DNA from: Monocercomonoides exilis PA203
Lineage: Eukaryota; Protista; Preaxostyla
Assembly (NCBI GenBank): GCA_001643675.2
Contig: LSRY02000090.1
Span: forward strand, 1 to 33,060
Direction: 5' to 3'
DNA: 33,060 bases
How positions within the stretch are numbered: position 1 is the first letter of the stretch; the number at the start of each line of letters is the position of its first letter. The notes below the pieces were generated by a model. The model made no database searches, was not told where the DNA came from, and was given only the letters and a program-made list of their open reading frames with translations. The position numbers were made by a program, and so were the translations under genes. Shown piece after piece: positions 12,587 through 22,449 of this stretch.

Positions 12587-15500
12587 ATGGATCAAACCGA
12601 AGAAAGCCCTTCGTTAGACGAAGAGTTTGAAATTCCAACAGCAAGCGAATTGCAAAGTTTTATTGAAGAATTCTACGAGAATTACAAAAAAAACAAAAGT
12701 TTGACCGTTTTTTAGAAATAATAACTATGAAATTTTCTTTTTAAAAAATATGTGAATAGCAATTGAATCCCATGAAATTGTTGAAATGGAAGAAGAAGGA
12801 GATGTTGACGAATTAATGCCGCAAGCTGAAAAGAGGAAAAGCTCAAAACTTGTTCGAGAAGCATGGCTTGGTGAAAAGCAAGATTCAGAAGAAGATGAAG
12901 ATGATGATCAAATTAGAAGAATTGTTTTGAATCGAAGAAAAAGCAGCAGTTTACGAATGAGAAACAGCAGAAGCAGTTTTTTGATGGGAAATCACATTCA
13001 AAGCAATGAAAATAAAGAACGATCGAATCATTGTGTTATTACTGATGAAGCGAGCTCAAAAAGGAGAATTGTTGACGATACAGATGATGAGCAAATGTCA
13101 GACGAAGATTCTTACGAAGAGGATAGTAGTTCAGAAGATGATCATGAAGATTCTGATGATAAAGCTGAAGGATTCATCAAAACGTTCAACTTCTTGAAAA
13201 CTTTTGAACAGAGACATAAAAGTTTAACTGGACAAAAAGAATATCTCGAAGAAAATGATGTATCGATTGGACCAGATCACCATTCAGAAGAGAATACGTC
13301 ATTTGAAACCCATTTGGAAAGAAAATCTTGCGAAATAGAAAATGACAAATCTGATCATGAAAATTCTGATCAGAAACATTTGAGTTGTGATCAACAAACA
13401 GCGGAAAATAAAATTATAACTGTTCAGAAGAAAAAGGTTCAATGCATTGAAATTGTTGACTCGGATGATGAATATGAACAGGAGGAGACAACTGTGGATC
13501 ATACTAATGTTGAACAAAGTGATAAAAAGGAAAAACTTGTCTGTGAAGCAGAAAATAACCCAGCAGATTTATCTGAAAACTCGATCAATCAGGATTCATC
13601 AAAGGAATTATTGTCTGACATAACCACCAAAGAAAAGGATCAAGAATCAACTACGAATGACATCTGCGGAAGTGACGTGAACATTCAATCACTTGAAGAT
13701 CAAGGTTTTAATGTTGCGAAGATGAAAGATCATTATCTGTTAATGAAATATTACGAAAAGAAAATGAACGAAGAGAAGGAGTTGCTTGAAAAAATCCAAC
13801 TTGAGAAGGAGCAATTGTGCGAGAATGATTGTTTGGAGGAGGAATTATCTCATTCAGATATTGTGGAAGCAAAGATTCAGGAACTCAAACAACAAGGAAA
13901 GTTTGTGTCCGAAGAACAATTTTTGCGTAAAAGGGCACTGAAAAGAAAAGTCGCAGATTCAGGTTTGGTTGCATTTTCAGAAGAGAACTTGAATCACAAA
14001 GATAAAGAAATCACTCAATACATTCCCAAAGAACATGGAAACAAAGGCTATGAGAACATGTCGGACGAATATGGCAAGCAAAATTTGAGACTTGATAAAG
14101 AAAGAAACAGACAAACACTTATGGATGTTGGATTGACAAACGAAAAAAAACAAAATATTGCTGAGCATTTCCTTCATCAGAGGAAATATGCACAGTCAAC
14201 ATTGCATAAGCATGCATGGGTGTTGCGGTTGTATGATTATTTTGCTGAGGATATGGACTTCAAGCCGTTTCCAATGATGCTGGAGTGTGTGAGAGGATTC
14301 ATTCGTTTTTTGGCTTACGATTGTCGATACTGTGTTGGATCCATCTATGCTGTTGTCCTTCCATCATTGAAACGAATACAAGTGAAAATGTATAACAAGC
14401 CTATTGACGTTCAGCTGAACACAGAATTAAACCTCATAGTGAATGAAATGAGAAGGGATAAATCTTTAAAACAAAAGGGTGAAGGGAAAGAGCCCTTGAT
14501 GACATTTGATGTTAAATACTTAGTTCAAAGCATACCAGATTACTTCATGTCAAAAGCTGAGGAGTGCTCTCTTTTTCTTTTCGCACTTCACACTGGAGCC
14601 AGAGCCATCACATGCGGAAATGTGAGGCTCTGTGATGTAAGACAAGTAATTATCGAAGATGATTCTATTTTTTTAAAAATTCGACTAATGAGAAATAAGG
14701 GAAATGACAAGTGGAATCACATAGTTCTGCTTGAAAACCAAACAGAAGAAAACAAATCACTAGATGCTGTGTACTGGATGAGACAGCACATTCTTCAAAA
14801 GTTTGGTAAGGACTTATTTAATAAAGAAGAGTGGCCTTTGAAAGAAAAATCAGAAGAATTAATTTGGAGCTGGAGTTCAGAAACAATGAGAACCAGATTG
14901 AAGAAGAGACTGGAACTTGCTGGTTTTCCTCCAGAAAATTTCGGGTTTCATTCATTTCGCAGTGGATTCTTATGCTCTGCTTTGATGAATGCTGGTTCAA
15001 ACAAAGAGAAAAGAAATTCAATTCTTGAAACATGTGCATTTATTGCTGGTTGGATTCCATATTCAAGGTCACAAATGGTGTATGTGAAAAAATCTGCATC
15101 ACAAAATTTTATTGCTTCTCGAGTAATAATGACAAGTTCTGACAAGAGGAAAAAATCATTCGTTGAAAAGAAGTTGTTGAGAACTGAATCATTTCATGGA
15201 TTTAAGTTACAGCCTATTAAATGGAATGATGACATTATTTTCGTAAATTTCTATCATCAAATTTTGAACAAGCTGAAAAAGGAAAGAGATGGAAAGCGCA
15301 ATTCAACGGATACGTGTAGATACTTGTTTCATAGAGCTCTCTCTCAATACTCAGAAGAAGAGCCAGTTTTGGAGGAGAAAGCGAAATTAAAATATCTTCC
15401 ACTATTGGAGAAGAGTAAATCAAGTTCACACTTTCAAATAAAATCTAATATGAGGAGTGAAATCGCGAGGAAAGATTTGTTGTTTATTCTGAAATTGGAT

Positions 15501-15827
15501 CAGTCAAAATTGAATGAGATGGTTGAGATGTTTTGGAGTTTTATGAAAGAGAGGAATATTGTCGAGAAAGAAGTGAAAACAAGAAATATTCAACTAAAAA
15601 ATGAAAGTGAGACGAAAATGAAATTTGAGAAAAGAGAAAAAGATAAAAACGGAAAAAGAAAAAGAAGAATATGGACAAAAGAAGAAGATGATATTTTGAA
15701 AGAACACAAAAATAAGGGAGAAAAGTGGATTGAAATAAGCAAATTTCTTGAAAATAGAACTGCAGGAGATTGTTATGACAGATGGAGAAACATTAAGAAT
15801 AAAGAAAAAAAAGAAAATTTGTCTTAA
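12587..15827 (+). CDS. YR1: tyrosine recombinase (lambda integrase/Cre fold) with acidic N-terminus and C-terminal Myb/SANT domain; join(12587..12698,12760..15827), ~1059 aa
   Basis: Catalytic motifs in canonical order: HTGAR (R at 14601), RNKG, FHSFRSG (14949-14960), AGW (15051), VYVK (Y at 15081). Upstream exon MDQTEESPSLDEEF... splices in frame to the 1013-aa ORF. Confidence 0.9.
12699..12759 (+). other. Predicted 61-nt spliceosomal intron of YR1
   Basis: GTTTGA...AATAG, AT-rich; removal joins ATG 12587 in frame with ATG 12786. Confidence 0.75.
15654..15797 (+). other. Single Myb/SANT repeat at the YR1 C-terminus
   Basis: KRKRRIWTKEEDDILKEHKNKGEKWIEISKFLENRTAGDCYDRWRNIK has the three spaced Trp, WTxEED and RT...DRWRN hallmarks. 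Confidence 0.9.
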
Positions 15828-16650
15828 TATTTCCTTTTTTTCTTTGTTTTATTATTTCTTTTTTGTTTTTTTATTAATTTATTCTTTCTTTTCATTATCC
15901 AAACATTTTGTTTCTTATTTTGAATTCAAACTTTAATCATTCAAATGAAACAAACAAATAATTCAAAGATAAATTTTAACAAATATTGATGAATTTTCTA
16001 TTTTAATTTTCTGAGTTTCTCAAAAATAAGTTTATTGACTTGTTCTTCTCAATCAAGTATTATATGTTCATTTTATTATTATATTTAAAAAGTTATATTG
16101 TTTATTGTTTATTCATTTAAAAAATGGGAAAGTTTTTTTTTTGAAAAGTCAAAATTTTTCTACATGTTGAATTTATGAGTCAAATCATTTTTTTATCATT
16201 TTTGTAAATACATGTATCAAATTACTACACGATGCAAATAATATAATGTGAATTTTTTGTTTTTCATAAAAATTCAAATTTCGAAAAATATCTTGGACAT
16301 ATGTCGAAAAATGATTCTTATTGTTTTTTGTTTTTGTTTTCCATTTAAAACATATTTTATTTTTCAAAAATAATTTCTCATACACATATTTGATTAATGA
16401 GCTTTTTTTGAATAATTGAAATGTTTTATTCTATTTATTTCAACAGATTTATGGAACAATTCGTTTTTATCTTTGAGTTTATTATAAAATGAACAATCAA
16501 ATGTGATAGTCATACAGATGACTCATGATTTAACATAACATTGATTAATTTTTCGATCAATTTTGTTGAAAATATTGCTTTTCATGCACCGAACATGATG
16601 TTTTTTACATCATCTTTCATTAAATATTTTTAAATATCAGAAAAAATAGG

Positions 16651-18705
16651 TTACGGATTTATTATAACCGACATTTTATAAAATAAATCTCGTTTATGAC
16701 TACCGGTCTGCGCTAACCCTAACCCTAACTTCTTTGATTCCTCTTCCTTGAATGAAATGCCATGAAACACCTCCAACTCTAACAGTGTTTCATCGAAGAC
16801 CTGCTGCTTTTGACCTTCAGAGGGAGGAGCGATTAGGCGAGATGCAACCATCGCCCGTTTCACAGCATCTTTGATGTAGCCGCATTGGGCTAAGCGAAGA
16901 GGGTTCCATCCTGCAATGAAAGCAGTCTTTTCCATGATGGCACGTTGTGTTTCAGCATCTTGATTGGACATTATCAGTGCTGTGCAGATAAACCCACTGC
17001 GCAGTGAGTGGAAGCAGAACAGGTGTCGTGGGTATCCTGCTGTTTCGGCCCTTCTTTTGAAACGTTCCCTCATGCAATCGGGAGTCAAAGGCCATATGAG
17101 CTTGTCAAGGTTTGTCTTATCTTTATCTTCATTCCAATTTGATAGTCTAACTCCTGTTTTCTGATAGATGTGAAGAGAAAGCCAATAAACCGGATCATCG
17201 TCTTTCTCCTCTTCCTCATTTCCCTCAATTGTGACTTCTCTTCCCCAATCATATTGCCCCTTCGCGCGATAAAAGATGATTGTGCACAAAAGTTTCTTTG
17301 TCACTTTTGATTTAATCACTTTTGTTATATGACACAGTTTAACATTCGACAACGTGACGGCGCGCGCACCTGTGTGGACTGCCACAAGAAACAAAGAACT
17401 TTCAAGGGCCTTGTCGAGATGCCTTGTTGGAATAAATTTGACAATTCTCTTCACATCCATCAGCAACGCAGGTTCTTTTTTTAACACTTTTTTTTTCACA
17501 TCACTTGAGTATTTCAAACAACGAACAGCATGTTTCATTGTTTCAATTGTTCTTTTATTTAGACGCATTCCTCTTTTAATAAGGTTCAATCTTTTAATGG
17601 ATGGAATGATGATATAGCATATGGAAGAAAGTGGATAGTGGCACTCCTTGCCACAGAATAGGACAAACCCTCTGGCCATCCGATGATGCAATGGCCAAGG
17701 TTCTAGCCCAATCTTGTGAGCCCAGGTGGTCAGAAGCCGCTCGACCCAAGAATGTTTGCGTCTTGTGGCTTCTGACCAAATCCTGTCAACTTGTAGATAT
17801 TTCTTTGTTCCCTCCACTCCAACGCGAGCGAGGGCGCTATCCATTTTGGTTGGATGGAAATACAAATCAGTTGGGCATGATGAGCAAGAGGAAGAAGCAG
17901 AAGCTGAGGCTGAGGCAGATGCAGAGGATGAAAAGGATTGAGAAGAGAGAGAAAAGGATAAATTTTCATTTGAAGATGATTTCTGATGAGATATCTCGGA
18001 TAATGCTTTTGCTTTTTCCATATAATATTGTTTATTATTTTTCAAATATTGTCTTTCTTCTTTCAATTCAATTAATGTTTCTTTAATTACATCTTTTTCC
18101 ATTTCTTTAATTTCTTCTTCACTCCCATCTGACTCTCCAGAATCTTCCTCAACTGGAATGTTATCTTCAGAATAATCTGAGACATCCAATTCCACAGAAC
18201 AATCTGAGACCTCCTCGCTGGTCTCAGTATCACTATCTTCAGAAAATCTTTTTTTCTCTTTTTCTATTTCCTCTTTCGTTTTATTTCGAGATGGTAAAAT
18301 TCTGTTAAGAGAAGGCGTTTTTGTGGGATTTTGAAGAGGAGGATGATGGAGTGATCTTGAATTCGTGGGAGTTGAAGAAATGGAAGAAGAAGATGGTAGC
18401 TGAAAACTGTGAAGTGGAGTTGTTCGAACTGGAGAAAGAAGTTCATTCATCATGCGCAACATTTTTGCGCAGACTTCTTCTCTGCTTATAAATTCTGTGT
18501 TCGTTGTTTGTTCATTTTCAGAAACTGTTGGTGTTGAAGGTGGATAAATAATCTGTGTAATTATTTGGTGATAAATAATGAAATAAAAATAAATAATTGA
18601 TATATCAAAATAAAAATTTCAAACATTTTGCATTGAATCAAATTCTTCATTGTTGATTTTTTCCAAACCAGAGGCACATTCGTTTGTTTCATATTTTGTT
18701 TCCAT
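16651..18705 (-). CDS. YR2: tyrosine recombinase paralogue, C-terminally truncated; complement(join(16651..18552,18625..18705)), ~660 aa
   Basis: Motifs HTGAR, RAKG, FHSLRSG, AGW and GYIK are collinear with YR1. Similarity ends near EVFHGISF (YR1 ESFHGFKL), just before the telomeric tract. The 5' exon METKYETNEC... splices in frame. Confidence 0.85.
16713..16729. repeat. Interstitial telomeric tract 1
   Basis: CTAACCCTAACCCTAAC, same orientation as the terminal telomere; it reads as LGLGL in the YR2 frame. Confidence 0.9.
18553..18624 (-). other. Predicted 72-nt intron of YR2
   Basis: Minus strand GTTTGA...ACACAG, AT-rich; joins a 27-codon exon to 30 open codons that precede ATG 18462. Confidence 0.75.
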
Positions 18706-18907
18706 TGTTTAGATATTTCCAATTAGAATTAATTCAAAAACTGAGTAATTCATTATGGTTATGCTCAATATTTAGAGGAAAAAAAAGTGATATGAAAAAA
18801 TCATTGGAAATTTAAAAAGTTAAGTATAAAAATTATATAATACAAGTGTGTATTTCTTTCTTCCAGTTGAAAATAAGCTCATATCATTCCTCTAAACTAA
18901 ATGTACT

Positions 18908-18931
18908 CCTATCCTAACCCTAACCTAACCT
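18908..18931. repeat. Interstitial telomeric tract 2 (slightly degenerate)
   Basis: CCTATCCTAACCCTAACCTAACCT, same orientation as the telomere. Confidence 0.85.
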
Positions 18932-19910
18932 GGATGAGTTCTGAATGAGAATGCTCGGCCAGCTTATCTGCTCTGATAAATGCGATAATTTTGTCAAACA
19001 AACAACTTTTCTCGTTCAAGCTCATGTCAAGCATTGTCAGACTACGCAGCATGCAAAATAGATGGTAGAAGTCACGAATATCATCGTTGAATGCAATAAA
19101 AACTAGAATAATTTCAAAACTTCTGAATCTTTTGAAAAAGGATAAAATGGCTTCTCTCTCTTTGCGGTATTCCTGTTCATGGCCAATCTGTATTCATTCA
19201 AAAAACACCTTTAATGAAAAATGAATGAAATAAAAAAGTCAAACCATCTTTTTTTTTGGACTTGAAATATTTTTCCATCTCCAAGGGATTGGTAATTATC
19301 TGTCAAACTGGTTTTCTTGTTCTTAGAATCCATTGTGAAGTTGGCTGTGATATCTGATGAAAACACATATTCTCCAAATTAACTCCTTTTCAATGACTTA
19401 TTCAACGCCATGTCTTTGCTGACAGCATACCAGTAGGATTCGTGTAAATGGCAATGTGCTTGTTGTTAAGGCCTGCTGAGTGTTTTGCTCAACTCGTTTC
19501 CTCCATTGTCCAATACCCCAATTCTCTTTCCTTTTCCACAAAACCAACCTCCCTTTACAAATCACGCAAAACAAGTCCTGCCCAAAAGATATGCCAAGCG
19601 AAACACATTTCCCACAAAATGAACAAGCAGTTCAATTCTATCTTTCTGGCATTCAACTCGCTTTTTCTGCATCTTGATTGAATTATTTTTCTTTCAAAAT
19701 TTCGCAGGAGATGTTGAATCATATGTTTTGTAATTTTTAACCAAGTTCAAATTCCTTGAAATTTCCCCCACTTATTCACTTTTCACAAGCAATAGATGCA
19801 AACAGCCACTCGCTCCTTCATCTGCAAGAAAAGTCCCTGTTCTTCTGCATTGCTATAACTTGAATGGGTGCATCCGAAGCCGTGTGCTTAAACAGCTTAA
19901 ACATGCTCTG
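18932..19910 (-). pseudogene. Decayed unknown gene running into telomeric tract 2
   Basis: Minus-strand peptide stretches (LKITKHMIQHLLRNFERKII...ILWEMCFAWHIFWAGLVLRDL; IRDFYHLFCMLRSLTMLDMSLNEKSCLFDKIIAFIRADKLAEHSHSELIQ then VRLGLG*) with internal stops and frameshifts, plus a probable short GTTTGA..AAG intron near 19210-19245. Confidence 0.5.
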
Positions 19911-20280
19911 GCTGCAGTAAATAATTTATCAAAAATCTTCACTTAAAAAATTATAGGTTCATCACCCTTATTTCTTTGTAAAAATAGATTATTTTGTTTC
20001 ATTGATTCACTTGTTTTAATGCAAATGACATCGACGGCACATGAAAATGTGTGGGCTTCAGCTTTATTAGATATTTGATTTGGTGCTTTTAATTCTTTTA
20101 ATTTGAACAAAACACGAATATTTCGAAAATGAATTTATTAACTGTTTTGAAATAATTTTACGATTTCACAGTCACCTTCAGCGAAACAAATATTTCTTGG
20201 TATGCTGGAGTTTATAAGAAATGAATGGTTAAATAAATAAATGCTTCTTTTTTCTCTTTTGATTTTTTCACTTTTTTTAG

Positions 20281-20657
20281 AGAAACTTTCACAGCTGGAA
20301 TATTTCCCAGAAAGCGAGCAGAAACAGAAAATTGAAGAATTGAACAATATTTTGGAAGAAATGGATAGAAAAGAATTTGAATCAGTTTTCACAAAAGAAC
20401 TGTTCAATGAAATGGATGAAATGATAAAAGAAGAGAAGCTTTCGATGAGAAATGCAATTTTGCTGCTGAAGCACATTGGATATTTGCATACATCGAGAAG
20501 AATGTTTATTTATGGCTTTCAAGAAACTTCGTTGAACAAAAGATTTGAAAAGATGATTTTTTACGAAAATAAGAAAAAAGAAGGAAAGAACGAAAAGCTT
20601 TTTGTTGATCTTTGCGAATGCTGTTTTTCTTTGAGCTTCTTCTTCACATATGGGTGA
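20281..20657 (+). pseudogene. Short or truncated member of an expanded helical-protein family typical of Monocercomonoides
   Basis: EQKQKIEELNNILEEMDRKEFESVFTKELF...AILLLKHIGY...KNEKLFVDLCEC matches a family I recall from that genome (not searched). Preceded by a GTATGC...TTTTAG intron (~20200-20280); stops early. Confidence 0.6.
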
Positions 20658-21421
20658 TTTTTTTTGAAATCATAAAAAATAACGAAGTTTGATCATAAAA
20701 AATTTTCATAAAGGGTGAGGTTGAAAAGATTAATTTTATTTGAAAATGCATGAAAATATTGATCGATATATTATAATTATTAATTATTTGTTGATTTTAA
20801 TTTGTTTCCAATCGTTTTTATTTCAAATATCGAGAAATAAAAATAATTTCTAAAAAAAAAACGAAAATTCGATAAACCTAATAAAACATTAGTTAACTGG
20901 TTTATAAAACAAAAAAACAATAATGACAATACACAATCAATCAATTTTTTATATAAAAATTAATTTTATGATGTTATTGCAAAGAAATTTTTAAATTAAT
21001 TTTGAAGATCATAAAACATTTGTTAAATTTTATCAATTCACATTAACACTTACGCAAAAATATAATAGTAACATAAGACACTCATCAAGAAATCAACTGT
21101 TTGTTGATAAATTTGTTTGCAAACAAGTAATCTTAGAAATATTTAATTATTATCTAAATATCAAACAAAGTTTAAGATAAATAAAGAAAATATTAAAAAA
21201 TGAAAAGAAACTCGTCAATTTTTGCTTTTTCCACAAAAAATGCTTCTATCGCACGAACATCTTCATTTTATCTTCCTCTCTTTGTTTCTCCTCTGATTCT
21301 CTCTATCTCCTTCTCATCAATAATATGTCATCCAGTTATCTGCCTCCTTCGATGCTCTGTTTTTGTCCGCCTGTTCGTTTTGAGAACAGATTGGTTAATA
21401 ACCAGTTTCACATGAAAGGAT

Positions 21422-21898
21422 ATGAACAACAAAATGGTGCATGAATATAAAGCGCTGAACCATTGTTCTAGTATCCTTGTAGCGCCCATTTCTCCATATC
21501 GCTTCTGCATCCCCTTCCGCGGAACTCGCATCCCTCCGTTCACTTTCTCTTTGCTCGCTGGAGTTGACGTTGTGTCCATCTGCCCGTCTGTTCTGGCTGA
21601 CTCCGATGATTTTGGGCTGCCTGCTCCAGGATCCAGAAAAGTCTTCGCTTTGGACTCTGCCTGCGTCACCTTTCACCGCGCTCACCAGATATTCGTTAAC
21701 CAGCACACTGGCTTCTCTTTCCATCAGTGCGGCTCCCCGCTTTCCTCCGCGCTTCTCTCTCCACAGTCGTCCACCACATCTCCCCTTCCATCGGCAACAT
21801 CCTCTGGATCTGATGCTCCTCCTTCTTCGACGCCCCGACCTCCCTTGCAAACATCCGATCCGAGTTCGTACAGTAGAGTCTTATTCTTGTTCTTTTAA
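21422..21898 (+). CDS. Hypothetical protein exon/ORF (158 aa, Ser/Pro-rich end)
   Basis: ATG-initiated ORF in a GC-richer island; no recognisable domain; may continue to ~22450 via introns. Confidence 0.35.
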   Translation: MNNKMVHEYKALNHCSSILVAPISPYRFCIPFRGTRIPPFTFSLLAGVDVVSICPSVLADSDDFGLPAPGSRKVFALDSACVTFHRAHQIFVNQHTGFSFHQCGSPLSSALLSPQSSTTSPLPSATSSGSDAPPSSTPRPPLQTSDPSSYSRVLFLFF

Positions 21899-22449
21899 AC
21901 ATTATCAGTTGGCTACAGATGCATTTCTCAATGGCTGTATCATCCTTAAAGTTATTCCTCCCTCTATTTCTCCCTTCGCATCCCTCCTCTTTTCTCTTTC
22001 TTTCCATCCTTTCCTTCTTCCTTCTCTCCTTCTCTCTCATCCTCCTTGCCCAGATCTCATCCTCTCTCATTTCCAGTACTTTCATTCCTTTCTCAGTTAA
22101 CCTCAGCTCCGGAGGGCATTTCAGTATGAGGCCAAAATCCCTTCTTCTTCATAGCACACAAGCTTCTCAATGCACCATCCATCAACAGGCAGAAGCAATA
22201 CGTTGTCTTCCATTGTGCTTCTCCGCCTGCATGTCTCAGCACATCCGACCCAGTGGTGGAGAAGAGAAGGAAGTGTGAAATGGAGCGAGCACTGTATTTC
22301 TTGAAGAACAGAAGAAGAAGAGGAAGATGAAGAAAACGAAGAAGAAGAAGAATACATAAGTGAGTCTGAATGTGGAGACGATGTTGAAATAGTCAGACGA
22401 ATTTATACTGAAGAAGATGGAAATAATTTTCCATCTGGTTTAGAAAAGG

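Larger units (their letters stand above)
3312..16712. mobile_element. Putative telomere-embedded YR element (satellite + IR + relic gene + YR1-Myb)
   Basis: Bounded on both sides by same-orientation CCCTAA repeats (1-3311 and 16713-16729) and encodes an intact tyrosine recombinase. No RT/RNaseH or DDE transposase was seen. Mobility is not demonstrated. Confidence 0.45.

Noticed and set aside
12587-18705. DIRS retrotransposon, or bacterial/phage contamination
   Set aside because: No RT/RNaseH/gag seen. Predicted spliceosomal introns, the Myb domain and the telomeric context indicate eukaryotic genes.
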